From: Marsupella aquatica | Lineage: Eukaryota; Plantae; Marchantiophyta | Direction: 5' to 3' | Assembly: GCA_973895155.1 (NCBI GenBank) | Contig: OZ316895.1 | Span: 14,194,225 to 14,258,224 of the forward strand | Length of the DNA stretch: 64,000 nt | In this document: positions 35,882 through 50,525 of the stretch, in pieces | How the letters are laid out: the number at the start of each line of letters is the position of its first letter | How positions within the stretch are numbered: the stretch's first letter is position 1 | Translations under genes and position numbers: made by a program | The notes under the pieces: generated by a model | Told to the model about the DNA's origin: nothing | Database searches by the model: none | What the model saw: the letters and a program-made list of their open reading frames with translations, nothing else

Positions 35882-38686
35882 AGTCCAGATGTTGCCCTTT
35901 GCATTTCATCCAGTAACAACGGTGATGAATGGATTTTAGATTGTGTCTGTACCTATCATATTTGTTGTATGAAAGAGTTTTTTACTTCTTACTCAGTATC
36001 AACCGGTTCCGTGTTGATGGGGAATGATCATCCTTGTCAAATTGTTGGAATTGGATCCGTGAAAATTCAGATGTTTGATGGAGCTGTGCGAACAGTGAGT
36101 AATGTCAGACACATACCTGACATGAAAAAGAACTTGATTTCTCTTGGAATGCTGGAAGCAAATGGATGTCGGTGGAGTTCTACTGATGGTATTCTTCAAG
36201 TGTCAACCGGAGGCAAGGTTGTCATGAAGGGTAAGCGGCACAGGAATCTATATTTATTGGAGGGCAACGTGATTTGTGAAGAAGCCAATGTAACTAGATC
36301 TCAAGGCGAGATGACTCAGTTATGGCACTGCAGATTGGGACACATGAGTGAAAAGGGTTTGGCGGTACTTTGCAGGAAAGGACTTCTTTCTAATTTGGAA
36401 TCTACTAAGCTAGATTTTTGTGAACACTGTGTACTTGGGAAGCAGCACAGGAGAACCTTTGGTGTTGGAACTCACAATACCAAAGCTATACTTGAGTATG
36501 TACATAGTGATGTGTGGGGTCCAGCCCCAACTCCCTCACTTTCTGGAAAATTGTACTATGTCACGTTCATTGATGATTACTCACGGTATGTGTGGATCAC
36601 ATTTCTACAAGCCAAGTCTGAAGTTTTTGGCACTTTTAAGAAGTGGAAAGCCCAAATTGAGAATCAGACTGGATCCAAGGTGAGATATCTGCGATCAGAT
36701 AACGGCGGGGAGTATAGTTCAAGTGAATTTGAACTATATTGTGCAAAGCAAGGGATTACTCGTCATCTCACGACAATTTATACTCCTCAACAGAATGGTG
36801 TTTGTGAGCGGCTAAACCGAACACTATTGGAGCGATCGAGGAGTATGTTGAGCCAATCAGGTTTACCGCATGAATTTTGGGCTGAAGCTATAAATACGGC
36901 AGCTTATTTGGTAAATCTTTCTCCTTCAAGTGCACTCAATTTCAAAATGCCGTTTGAAATGAGGTATGGACGGCACGCAGACTATCAGGTTTTTAGAGTC
37001 TTTGGAAGTGATGCATGTGCTCTCACACCTAAGCAGAATCGATCTAAACTAGATTCTACTTCCAAGAAGTGTCTTTTTCTTGGTTATCAACCAGGTGTGA
37101 AAGGTTACAGGCTATGGGATCCAGAAGCTTGTACGTTGCTTGTCAGTAGAGATGTATCCTTTAATGAATCCAGATCATCAAAGGAGGGGGAGAATGCTCA
37201 GGCTTCCCGTACTGACAAAGGTAAATCTCCTATCCTAGACCATGTTGTGGGGGAGATTGGTCATGAGATTTTTCATGACATAAATGAAGGAGGTGCTTTG
37301 AGAATGGAGTTGGTTCCGGTATTGGAACAAGAGGAGCAAGTTGTTGTTGGAATACCTCAAATTCAACCAACAGAACAAGATCAACCAGAATCATCAGCTA
37401 AAAAATCAAGACGTACTACTCGAGCTCCTACAAGGTATGGAGAATGGACAGATTCATCAAGGTTAGATGCTATTGACATTGCACCTGAAGATGATGACAG
37501 AGCACTGATCTTGGAAGAAGGAGAACCTTCTTCTTATCATGAGGCGTGCATTTCAGACGAGAAAGATGAATGGAATGCAGCGATGCAGAGGGAGTTACAA
37601 TCTTTAAGTGACAATAGAACATGGGAGCTGGTGCAGCTGCCAAGTGATCAACAAGTGGTGGATAGCAAGTGGATTTACAAGCTGAAGGACAACTCTACAG
37701 ATGGAGGAGACAAGATATACAAGGCAAGGCTTGTTGCCAAGGGATTCACTCAAGAGAAGGGAGTGGATTACAATGAGGTCTTCTCTCCAGTTGCCAAGTA
37801 TTCCACGATACGAATTTTGTGTCAACTTGTTGTGTTTTTTGATCTGGTGTTAGATCAAATGGATGTTGTTACTGCTTTTCTCTATGGCACCTTGGAAGAA
37901 CAAATTTTCATGAGGCAACCACTGGGCTTTGTGAAGAAGGGCCAAGAGAGTTTAGTTTGCAGGTTGCTTAAGTCCTTGTATGGATTGAAGCAAGCTCCTT
38001 GACAGTGGAACAAGCGGTTTGATGATTTCATGTTTGCACAAGGATTCACTAGGATGGTGTATGACCTTTGTGTTTATACGAAATCAGTCAAGATTGGTGT
38101 GTTTGGTTTGCTCATTCTGGTGCTCTATGTGGATGACATGTTGATTGTGGCTAAGGATCAAATTGAGGTTGACAAACTCAAAGAAAAATTGAGTTCTGAA
38201 TTCCGAATGAAGGATCTTCGGAAAGCCAAGAGGATCTTAGGTATGGAGATTACGAGGAACTTTAAAACTGGACAATTGTGGCTGAATCAAGGCAAGTATG
38301 CTGAAAAGGTACTTGCAAGATTCAACATGGAAAATTGTAAGCCAGTAAGTATTCCTTTGGCTCCACATTTCAAGTTATCATCGGCTTTCTGCCCCACGGA
38401 TCCAATGGAGAGAGGCTTGATGACTAAGATTCCTTATGAGAAGGCAGTGGGTAGTCTAATGTATTTGATGACATGTACCAGGCCTGATCTAGCCCTAGCA
38501 ATGGGCAAAGTGAGTAGATTCATGTCAAATCCAGGGAAGATACATTGTGAGGCTGTGAAATGGATTCTCAGGTATCTTAAAGGCACAATAGACTATGGTC
38601 TGTTCTTTGATAGTAGATCAAACAAAACCAAATCTTTGGTTGGCTATGTAGATTCTGACTACGGAGGCTGTCTGGAAACAAGGAGG
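35882..38686 (+). pseudogene. pol: pol of copia D (PR, GAG-pre-integrase, INT, RT, start of RNase H), one stop at 38000-38002
   Basis: ORFs 35969..38002 and 38030..38698 in one frame: WHCRLGHMS, HSDVWGP, SDNGGEY, PQQNGVCER, LYGLKQAP, LYVDDML. Confidence 0.95.
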
Positions 38687-40277
38687 GTCCCGACATGAAG
38701 GAGAACAAAAGGAAGGAAAAAATGGGTAAAACTTGGCCTTAAAGGGGGTGCTAAGCCCCTTATGACCCAAAAATACCTCGTATAATTTGGGTGCCCCAAG
38801 GGCGTATGGCCTGAGTACGTCGGGGGGTATTGCAAGGGGTGGCTACGAGCTGCGTACGTTTTAAAAAATGGGGCCGGGGAGGAGAAGCAACGGTCAGCCA
38901 GCTGGTCGCGAGGGTGTGGAGAAGGTCGCGCGAAAGGCTAGGGGCGTGGGGGCGAGACATTAAGGCTCGGCAGGGCCGGTCGAAGGGAGGCAGGTTAAGG
39001 GCGCGAGGGCAAGCAGTAGGGCGGCTGCATATGTGTTGGCCGGCGCTGCACAGCTCGCCGCTGCGGCTAAAGAGACTGGCAGGGGGGAACACAGTGGGCA
39101 AGGGGAGTAAACCAGGTACACGGGGGGAGGTGCGGGGCCCGAATACAAGGTGTGTATATACACAAGACACCTTGTGTATACACAAAAAATGGCCCAAGAA
39201 AACCCCCCTTAGAGCCAAAAAACTCCCCCTAAAGATAAAAGGAAATAACTCACTTGAATAGCCGCTGTTTTAAACGAGAAATTTAAAGTGAACGCCGCCG
39301 ACGGGAAATATTGCCGAATTGCACCGGCACAATCTCTAGCTCTAGCAGAGTAAAAATTTCTGCCGCACCGCCTTCACTCCGCGTCAAGTGCCAACTCTAG
39401 GCTCAAAACGACCGCCTCGCCGCGATCAAACCGTTGAGCCGTAGCACTTTGCGTTTCTTCCACCGAGTCGGACGTCATGAAGAGAAACCCGATTCAGAAG
39501 GGAACAAGCTCCATAGCTTGTGAAAAAACCTGAACTCCCCCTTCTCGTCACAACACACTCGGTAACAACTCGGCAGCAAATCAGCTACCGAAACGACCAG
39601 CTCGCTTCAACCTTCAACTTGAGCTACAACATGCAACTCCTCCCGCACCGCACAGCTCACACCGTTGACAAACGCAAACTCTGATCTCTCCCTCGAAAAG
39701 CCGTCAAACATGAATAAACCTTGAACGACACAGACTTTGATTCCTCCGCACCACGGATACCGATCAGTGAGTTCTAACCACCGTTAGATCGACCTCTCAC
39801 TAACCTATCCGCTCAACCACACACATTCAAGTTTCATGCGACGAAACTCTGAATGTACCACCGACAATGAATGCCAAAAAAAACCAGTCACGAAAACACC
39901 TCGTCACCTCCCAGGCATGCTCTGATACCACTTGTTGAGCATAGACGACTATCGCAACGGCAAGCCCATGAACCATCCAATGCACAAGAGTCGACACACA
40001 GAGATACGTGGTTCACCTCCACATGAGGCTACGTCCATGGGAACACACAAGAGCTTTACTGCACTCTAAGCCGACCGACCATACCAAACATCCACAACAC
40101 AAGCTCTCCCTATCTCTTAACTAGCTCCGTAACAATGAGCCTTAGTTCCACCAAGGGCTGGCACCAGCCCTGGCAATATACACAACAGCACTACCGCTAA
40201 CATTAGCTAAGTCCTAACCCAAGTTAGCCTAACCGTGGTTAGCTCATGAGTCACAAGACTAAGAGCAATACCTAACA
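38687..40277 (-). mobile_element. 5' part of copia B (5' LTR 39933-40277, PBS 39919-39930, partial leader), inverted relative to its 3' part
   Basis: LTR matches 14466-14810; PBS TGGTATCAGAGC; outer flank CTTAT = ATAAG on the minus strand, same as 14811-14815. Confidence 0.9.
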
Positions 40278-40509
40278 CTTATGTGGTGCCTCATTGCATG
40301 GTCAACCCTTCACTTCCCACAACACTCCATTTTGAGCCGTGTCATAGTCCATAGTGTATATGTCTATCCTTGAAGACATAATGGATTAGTCTTATGTCTA
40401 TGAAAATATAGTTTTAGGAGTTCCGTTTCGTCTACATGACAGCGGATTTGTACTACATTTCGTCTAATTCTTGCAGGCTATCAAAATTTTCCCGTTAATG
40501 ATTAAGTCT

Positions 40510-41030
40510 GTGTTATCTTTGTTTCACACTTAAGTACACAATTTTTGAAAGTTGCAACAAGGCCAAACAGCCAAATTAAAGTAAAAGATCCTTCAGTTGG
40601 TTCCTTCCATACTTGGACAAATTTGGAGTCTAGATGTGAGAAGATAACATCTATATATATTGTCTTTGTTCCACACTTCAGTTGGACAATTTTTGAACGT
40701 TGCAATAGGGGCAAGAGGATTCATTCCATATTTAGACAAAAGAACAAAGAAAAATGTCAAAACACATGCAAACCCTTTTGCCTAACAACCTATGATGGAC
40801 AGTATTGTCAAAATTCAAACCTGAAGACATGAACCATATTATCTTCGTTCCACATTTGAACAATTTTGAACATTGCAATAGGGGCAAGAGGATCCATTCC
40901 ATACTCAGACAAGAGAACAAAGAGCAACGTCAAAATATCATGCAAACCCTTTGCATAACAAGCTAATGATGGTCGGACGGTATGGTCAAAATTCAACCCT
41001 GTCGAATACATGAACCATATTGTCTTCACG
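40510..41030. repeat. Degenerate tandem repeat, ~150-185 bp period, ~3 copies
   Basis: Recurrent ...ttccaca...caatttt(t)gaa..ttgcaataggggcaagaggat.cattccata..agacaa.agaacaaag blocks. Confidence 0.7.
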
Positions 41031-44000
41031 TAGGAAATCGTAGTTTGTGTGACGGCCACCACTACTCTGTGGTTCTCTCCACGGTGTTGTTTTCCATTCA
41101 ACATGGTTAGGCTCTAAACTTTAGAGTAGCTTTTATTGATGATAATATAAAATTAAAACTCCTTATAGAAACTCTTACAAGAACATAAGTGTAGGGAGGG
41201 GCTACTTTGTAACCCAAGTTTGATAAGGGCCTATTACCTAAATCTATTTTGGTGGGGCTATCATCAATCACATACCAACACCGACCGGGACTTTGGCATA
41301 GACATAATCTGGTTTGTAACAATAGGCATAGGTTGCATTGCAAGTCTTTTCTGCACCCTTCAGAGCAGGTTCTTGGTTCGGCCTAATCTTCAAGGTAACT
41401 CATTGTCTGCCGAGGTACAGAAGCAGAGCATCTCCAGTTTTGCATCGAGACTCGCATTGAAATGTAAACTTTCAAATTTGTAGCATTATACTGTAGTTCC
41501 TTCGACATTTTGTCGCCCACTCACGTCAATGCTTCCGAACATTCAGGGCTAGGGATTTGGCTTTCTGCCTTTCTGGCTTGGCGAAAATAACAAGATGCCT
41601 TCCAGCATTCAACATTCAGTACGTGGAAAAGTAGGAAAACAACTAGCGGGAGTCGATCAGACATGCAGTGTTTACCGTTCCAATTCTAAGAGTAAAGCTT
41701 TTGCTGCTACGGCATCAGATCTGCTTGACGTACAACACAAGGATCTCACTGTGGGATCTGGAACCCTAGCGGTATATAAGGTGGAGAGCCAGATATTTGA
41801 ATTTTAAGCTTATAATAATTTGTATAACTTTAACTATGGCGACGTTGGAGATCACGCTTTGTTTGGGTAGATCAAACACCTAATTCGAGCCCACGAGACC
41901 GTCAATACAAAAGCGTCACTGATAGTCTGTAAGGAATCCCCAAGGATTCGGGAGCGACAAAATTGAGTGACATGTTTCTACCTCATGACTCCATGTAGCT
42001 CATTAGATCGAAGTCTCTTCAAGTCTACGGAAGTCAAAATCGAGAGGTTTGTTCTCGAGTACACGAAGACTGACTTACGGGAACATGCACCTATCGAGTA
42101 TCGACTGCAAAGATTGCAATAGATAACTCGAATGGTCACTGTGGCGGTAGATATGCACCCAATTGGGCTTCAAAGCCTCCATTCATCCTTACTTGACCTT
42201 TTGTTCTGATAACGGCCGTTCAGTATGTCAACGTTTGATTCGCACCTAAATGTAGGAGGCGTAGCCACCGATTTGCTTTTGCTTTTCAAAAAGCCACCCA
42301 ACAAACCTGATTGCAGGGAGAATGGTGGGCGTGAGACTTTCATAGTCCTCATGCGACCAGTGCCAGGAATGGCGCCATAGATCTCGGTCCAAGATTCACC
42401 TGCACATATGTATTCACTAACAACATGCCCGAAAGTATATACAACTTTACCGCTTAGGCCTCTGGGAACTCTGGGACTGCGAGTGGCGACCCGTTTCAAG
42501 TCCCTTTCCAGACGAGACATTGAGATGAGTAAAATGTTTCCAATTCTCCAGCTGTGACACCTTCATGCTCAGCAGCTCAGGAGCTCAATTGTGCTTTTCC
42601 ACAGGAGACTCTCACAGATTCATGACTAAATTGTTTTTATTCTCATAAAGCTTATACCAGCCCACAGGATTACAAGTTATTGTCTCTGCCACTACAGCCG
42701 CCAGTTTGGAAAGGTGCAAAAAGGAGCCAGCTGGCAGCTGCTGAAGAATCCTGCAACCGAGAAATCAGACCTTCCTACTGTAGTCCAATTTATTGGGGAT
42801 GCTCGTCCGATAAGATTCCGATTGCTGGGTCCACCAATCCGTCTCTTGCTCAGTTGCTCAAACATCAGCAGACTGATGAGGCTCAGCAGTGACCTGGTAA
42901 ACGTAGAAAGATCGGGAGAATGATCACTGGACCTGGTCGGGCACGGACGATACGATACGATACAATACTTGTACTGTACGCCCTCTTGAAGACAGTAATC
43001 GTCAACTGGTCCTGATGATGAATGAGACTGAGGCGAGAGACGAGAGACGAGACTACGAGAGACTAGAGACTAGACCCCGGACGAGAGACGATCCTCAAGC
43101 TGTACGCACATCCTCGGTCTCCTGACCAGACTGGGTAACAGGAATGAACGGTCCACTGTGTATGAGGGTCGATCGAGGTAGAGTGTAATGTTTCTACGCT
43201 GTCAATGAAAGTGCCAAAGCATTGATTTAAAAATGCCCTTGATCAAAGAGGTTTAGTCACAAAAGCTAACCTTTATAAGTTTTGAATATTTAGGGTTAAA
43301 CCCATCTTGAAATCAATTGAAAATCTGCTAACTTTTCCAACGAAGTTCCAATCTGAGTCAAATTAGTTACTAACTGATATTATACCTAATCTAATTAAGA
43401 GCATACCCACCCGTTCTCCTACAATTACTCAAATAAAAATCTAGATTTTTGTTGAAATGTGAGTGAGAAGTCTAGAAAAGAAGTAAAAGCACATCTTCTT
43501 TTGTTTTGATGTTGACCCCTCTTGCAAAAATTAATCAGTGTACCCCCATGTTATTTTAGAGCCAGTTTACTAGAAACCGAAGCCTAGATGGACCTCCAAT
43601 TCTAAAGGACAAAAAAATCAAAAATGGACAAGTCAATGTTTGATTGACACTTGAAACTATTTCCAAGCTTACCAAGGCAACCATAATTAACATCAATCAC
43701 AAAACCAGTTGCAATATGAACTACTGTCAGACTCATTGGAAAGCTAGAGAACGTTGGAAACTTATAATCTCCTCAAAAATCAATTAAATCTATCAATGTT
43801 AAGTTCATTAAAAAGCTAAAAAAATTCTATAATTCATAATCTCCTTACTACTCGATAAAATCTATCAATTTTAGGTTCATTCTCATGGAAAGGGTCAACA
43901 TTTAAGGGGTTGTACAAGAAAGATTTATATTCACGTTAGAGATTATGAAATCATGGGTAAAATCTTTTCAAATTATTTATTCAATTCTTATCAAATGGTG

Positions 44001-47000
44001 ACAATGTTGAGCTCATTAGGACCGTCTCTTCAAGATCTTTCCAACGCCATATTATACGTGAGTTTTCATGATGATTTGACTCAGCAATGTCAAATCAAAA
44101 ATTATTGTTGGGGAAAATTTATGTTTTAAATAAAATCAAAATGTAAATAAAACCTTTATTGGGAGAAATTTTACATCAATCTTTTTGTCTTTTGATTTGC
44201 ATGTCAGTTTTTTTTCATTTGTTTTTACGGCATGGCATCCCAATTTTTACAGCAAAGTTGCCACAAACACGAATGCAAAATGTTAATTCTATCCAAAACG
44301 TCTCTTCCTATTTGCAAAGTGCCATGATGATGTGGCGCGCTGTGGAGCAAGGAATTTTGGAAAGGACTCCTAATGGGGGTCCGTAAAAAGTAAAGATTTA
44401 TAAACCTGAAATCTCTCCCTTCTTTGTCTTTTTTGTTCCTCCCCTTAGTTAAAATATCCTTAAATCATCCATCGCTCCCCACTTCTAAGATCCAATACAG
44501 GGGTTAGCTAGTTTGATACAATCAACTAGTGTCCGCCCCCTCTAGCAAGAAAAAATACAAACAAAGACCATTTTGAAAAAGTCTCCCTTTCTTTGACTGT
44601 TTATTCCTTCTTTTAAAATACCCTTAAACCACTCAATAATTAAAGAAAAACAAATTTAACCCTTTTTTATCCCTCCACTTAAAGTAGCCCTCTATCCCGG
44701 CCAAAGAATGAAAATGTCTCTCTTTGACTTTTTTGATTTTCCCCTTCTTTAAAGTACCCTTGAATCTCTATCCCTTTTAACTCTCAAAGAAAATAAAATA
44801 ATGAGATCAGCCATGGGGCATGCTCCTTACCCATTGTTTCTTTTAAACAAAAAGGAAGCCCCTCTAAAATTCGTCTTTTTTCAATGTGACAAATTTCACC
44901 GAAAAGAAAATATATATGTTGCTTCTAAACAAAAGGAAGCCCCTTTAAGAGTCGTCCCTTTTCAAGATGATCATTCCACCCTAACGAAAATAAATATGAT
45001 CCATTTCACCCAAACCAAAATATATAAAAACATTAAGAAATTCAAACAAGTAAAAGATAAAGACATTAAATGGAAGGAATGGTGAGAGAATCAACTACAC
45101 ACATTGAGGGGAATGTAATTTCATTTGTCTTTAATACAATGTACTATGTATACTCCAATTTGTGTTGAGTACTTTATACTAAAGAGTGTTAGAGTGAGTG
45201 AAAGTATTGTGACCAAAGTATATTTCTGTGCCTCCATAAGTATGGAGAGAAAACTGTATGGGAAGAAAATACTTTGGAGACATTTTTTGCCCCCCATCAC
45301 AGAACTGAACTTTCAGTTCAGCCAACAATTCAGATTATAGCCTAGACAAGTAGCATTTGATCAAACTGGTGAATGAACTGTGTTAAATGTTGTTGGCCTG
45401 TCTGAGTAAACTACCGGAGAGTTTGAGACAGCTTCACGCAAGGATCGATTGAGGGTAGAGTGGAATGTTCATACGATTTGATAAGCCCTTTGATAAGTAG
45501 TGAGTCAACTTGTTAGCCTGTTTAAGTAAAGTGGCACCTGACATGGTGTGACTTGTAAATACAATGTATAAGATTAAGGGTATATGGTCTCCTTTGCGAG
45601 ATAGGGGGTGACCGTATGTTGCCCCAAATACACAGGTCATATGTGGGGCAACAGACAAGAGACCGTGACATAAAGAGTTACTTCACCCATATTCTTTTTA
45701 TCATACTTTCAGATCGTGTGTTCCTTCACTATGGTGCCACATCATCTCTGCTGAGTCAACTCCGTTCTGTCCGTTTGTCTGTGGCTACCACCCTCAGCTT
45801 GCATGTAAAGGCCTGTCATGTTTGGCGAGGGTCCCATCAAGCAGATACTGCTTTCATGGAGTGTTGTTTGTGTTTGTATCTATTGATTAACTTATTCCCC
45901 TTTAATTGCGCTTACATCCGCTTTCCATAGAGATCTGCTTTCCATAGCTTGCTTTTGTAACTATGATCTTAGAGCATTTGCAGGATTAACTTGTGTTGGT
46001 TATTGCTGCTAGCTTATCAACGTTTGTTTCTTGTTGCAATAATGTTTGTCTTTGATGCATGTCACAATCACTACCTGCAGCTGCCCTTAAAACATCCCCT
46101 AGTGTGTTGGCATATGGCTGGCATGTGACAGTCATCCATCCCCCAAAGTCTATACGGTGTGGTTGGCATCCAAATACTCTTAACTGGTATTGAAAAATTA
46201 AAAATGACAGGTGGAGAAAAGTAACTGGACAAGGACCGTAATAATGGAACCCACGACCTTAAAGATACATTTGCTTAAATGTCCATTTTAAGCTCTTAAT
46301 TTGAAATTTCAAATGAATTTTGGTATAAACATTTCTCACTTGGGTTCAAAATTTAGTTCAACGCAAAATTCGTTTGGATTCAGAGTTTCAAAAACCAGCA
46401 AACTGTAATCATCCAATTTCATCTCTGAAATGGTGTTTTAGATTTGTAGAACTTCATAGAAACAATAATTAGCATCATGCTCCTGTAATTATGTAAACGT
46501 TTGAAAGTAAATGAGAGCATTCCAGGTCTTCTTTACAGGGCTTATGGGTCCATTGCATCTGAGGTGATCAAGTTAGAATCACATGATTCTACAGTTGTCT
46601 GATCTGTAATTCCAGATAGTGTATGAGAAATCAACCTCACTTGGATGAGGTGCCATTGCCAATGAACTTGGCGGACACTATGCTTTTTGCATTATTCACT
46701 CCCCAATACTCAAAATTGGATGAATAAATCTAGACATGCACACAATTCCTGCACCAAAGTGTGAGCCAGTGCACCCACATCGTTGGTCTATCTAGCACTT
46801 GATGTATGCACATCGAATTACCAAAGTGCTTGGGTCATTGTAGCCTGGAAGGAAACAAGCAAGTTTCCTCAAATTACCCCTAATTTTTCTATATCCGACT
46901 CCCTTGCTAACAACAACCTGGTTGATAACATCCATTTTGGGGACTCCTCTTTTGGCTAGCGAAGTTGCTAACCATCTGGAGTCTTAACAAAACACAAAAA

Positions 47001-50000
47001 ATAGAAAAGGCCGCCAAAAGTAAAAGAAATCTAAAATCACTAGTGTCTCGCTAACAACTCTCCTTGCTAACAAAATTCTTGTTCAATACTCGCATTATGC
47101 AATACCTCCTCATCAAAAGACCTAACTTAGGACATTCCCATGATTGATGTACTCTCAATGGGTTTTAAGCACCTCAATCATTTCTAGCTTCCAACTCTGT
47201 GACAGAATCTCTTTCTATTGACCCGAGTGATTAGATTATTTGAGATAGTGCAAAATATGCCAAAGGACAGTCAGGGAAGAGCCAAGAAGCCCATTTCTCG
47301 AGAAGTGAGCAAAGCGAAAACCTACAGTAGAAGTTCTCACCAAAGTCAATAAGACTTACAGATAGTAGATGATAGACGCGTTCTACAGTCTTAGGCCATG
47401 GGCAACTTAGCAAAAACCAAACTACCCTACAATTTGACATGCAATTAGGCTCATATTACATGTGACTATGTGAGGGGAATACGATGCATGCCAATTGGAC
47501 CAACTTACTGTCACCTTGGGCCGATTGCAAAAGTTATGTTTTCTACTGAATTTTCCACCGTCCATCTTCAAAATGGTGGATATAATAATGTTCTTAGTGA
47601 ATAAGAAAAGTTTAAAATGATGTTACCATGTCAACCCTGAACTCATTGACACTCTTCGAGTTTTCACCAGCAACGTTTGACTTTCAATATGATCTCCGTT
47701 GATAAAATAAGCTCGTCTTGGGAAGTGAATTGAAAAGATCTTTACTCTATTCCACTCTAATATCTCTAGTTTTCCTGAATAATAGAGTGTCATGAGTTTC
47801 TAAAGATTATTGGATTACTTTTTGTGTACATTTGTTTCTTGTGAGAGTTTTTGAGCAAATAATTTTGACATTCAGTATCTCCCTAGATATCCAATGGAAA
47901 TGGATAACTTTGACATTCAGTATCTAGCTAGATATCCTATGTGTTAAGGATTTCTCTTAATTTTGTGATTCATAAGTTAGGGTAATTAGATTAACCACAG
48001 TTATGAACCCACAAATATCCCCAGATATGCAATGGAACTCAGGTTTTTGGGTTAGTTAGAAAGTGCTTGGAAAGACCTTTCCCATGAGCCTAATATTCAT
48101 TGAGAACTAAGAGACTTACAAATTTCCAAAAATGACTATTTCATTTTCTTTTCACATTTCACTCATCATGTGATATTGTGATATGTACTAAATGAGCAGA
48201 AAGGACAGTTGTGCTTGCAGTCCGTACAGGTGGGCATTGAGTTTGCGACAGTATATCCAAGCATTTTAGCAAACATAGAGTACATCCAAGCTTCAATTTC
48301 ACAAAAAGTAAAGGTGATTGGTTTGTCCTTCCACAATCAGTATGATTAGCCAGTTTCTTAACCAAATTAAATAAGAGAGTCGGAAGTTATTATCTTCTGT
48401 CCCCAACTTCGAGGGCAATGGCCTTTGTACGGGATAAAGTTTACTACAGATTGCGAAATACATGGTATTACCATTTAGAAAAAACCAATACCATTATTCT
48501 AAATGTGCTCACAGGTGTCACAAAAGCGCCACCTGACAACATTGCAAAGTCATTATTCCATATTATTATAATGACCCAATCTAATGACTTGTGTGAAGTC
48601 AATTGTATTTTGGGTCACTCACCACAGGAGTTGCTTTGGAGGTCTGTTTGGGTGGTTTCCTAGCAAGCTAACGGCCTTCTAGGGCAGGAAGTCATTCCCT
48701 ATCCAAGGGATTAGGGTGGTTGCAGATTTTATTGGTGAGAGCCATGTTGCGGTTGCTTCCCATGTACGCCTAGTGTTTCGGTTGCTTCCCATGTATGCCT
48801 AGTCAGCCGGCTCGCAGAGGAGGTGTAAGCAGCTCACTACCATAGGGATTTCTTTTAATTATATATAAGATTTCCTTGGAGGTCTTTGGGGCTACAGCCC
48901 TCTATCTCTGGCCATTTTGTGCAATTGTGTGCAGTCTTGTGTGTAGAGCAATAACCTTATCCTCTAGTATTTGTCCTTGTTGCCTTAGATAGCAGTCCAA
49001 CAGCAGGTGTTTATTGCACAACAAAGGGCTCAACCATTCACTGTTGTGCGGAGGGCCTATAGTGTTGGATTTAGTGTCTCTAGACAAATAAATTCCTCTT
49101 TGTAACCCTCCTATGCAATAAGTTTAATTTTGAGCTTTACTAGGCTTTCAGTATATTGAGTATGGCTTTGTTCCTTTGCCACTGTGTGTGACTCTTGGAT
49201 TTCTTGGCTAGGTTTGAACTTTTTATTAGTGCTAGTGGGCTAGGTTTTTCATAACAGGTAGTTGTACAGGATTTCCTCCTTAATTTGCATGCCTAATAGA
49301 CTCTGTAATATATTGACTTGAGGTGTAAGGTTTAAATCTCAACGAGGAGTGACTTGTTGGTTGTGGGGGACACTAAGAGAAAGTCCCCCACAACGAAAAA
49401 GGGACCTTCTCTTGGTATCTTTCTAATCTCCCAATTTGGGGGAAATTAATCTGGGATGGACTGGCACATTGCCCATGGTGATTACCATGGACTGTTACAG
49501 TACGTTGTTGCAGTCTTTATATGCGTTGCACTGGAATCTCATTTCTATGCCTTACTTGGCGCAGTTGGTTACTGAGTGCTTCTAGCATGATTGTTCTCTA
49601 ATCTCAAACACCAATGACCGATCCCATGAAATTGATCCTCAACTGCTCAACAATGTTTGTTAAAGGAGAGTAACGCTTCTTTGTCTTAAACCACAAATCC
49701 TGGTACAAGGTCACCGTCCTGGGGTGCTCATTGAAAATGATTCCTCACTTGAAGAACGCAAGGCATTCTCCCAACAGCCGTTGCACCACCACTCACCCCT
49801 AAGCCTTATGTCCACCGTTCAGTGTGATCCCTTGTGTCACGTGAGAATAAAATATCCGTTTGTTCTCACGTGTTTTAGGGTTTTACTCTAAGTGATTCCT
49901 CACGGGCAACTATGTGAAGGTCCATCTGGGCTTCACTTTCATCCGGGCTTAAGTTTCCAACTTTTTGGCAACCTTGTGGCAGTATAAATTAGGGTGGCTT

Positions 50001-50525
50001 TAAAAGACATTGGGGGCAGTTTCCTTTTTTTTTTTGTCTCCAAGATTTGATCAAGGGCATCTATTTGGGAGAGACTGCTTCTGTTCACTTTACAAAACAT
50101 TGGGGGCCTTTTCAACCTAACCTATTACCAATCCTACATGGAATGGAGTGGGGGTAAATTTTTGCTTATGTGGAGGCTTACTCTTTTGTTCTAGATTTTA
50201 GACCACCTCTGTTGGAGGTCTCTTCTTCTAAAGATATACCTCCAAACTAAAATTTTGTACTTAACAGACCAATAGATGCACACTCTCTCCCAGTGGACCT
50301 CCGGGCCCACTAGAGGTAACATTTTGTGTGAGATGTTCTTCAAACACAGTGTGCAGTCCTTAATAACGCAAGATTGTCAAGGAGATTGTCATTGTAAATG
50401 CAAGTTCATGTTCTCTTTTTTGTCAGTGTCCAATCGCATTGCCAAATGCGGTTGACTACGATTGCAGTTCCAAGTGAATCAATGTATTAACATTGTATAC
50501 AATGACAACAATGCATACAAACATC

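Larger units (their letters stand above)
24598..38686 (+). mobile_element. Ty1/copia element D, interrupted by transposon copy 2 and truncated in RNase H
   Basis: 5' LTR 24598-24929 (TGTTAAG...TTCAACA), PBS at 24932, ~1.8-kb leader, gag from 26774, pol to ...GGCLETRR at ~38686; no 3' LTR here. Confidence 0.93.

Noticed and set aside
1-37866. Inverted 10-kb duplication as a pure assembly artefact
   Set aside because: Copies differ by SNPs and one repeat unit, and independent LTR/TSD evidence supports a real inversion; long reads are still needed to exclude it fully
41400-43150. Possible spliced host gene on the minus strand (ORF 42170..42520, splice-like sites)
   Set aside because: No recognisable protein and no consistent exon chain could be built by eye
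46400-50400. Possible pseudogene exons or decayed LINE/gypsy remnants
   Set aside because: No diagnostic motifs readable
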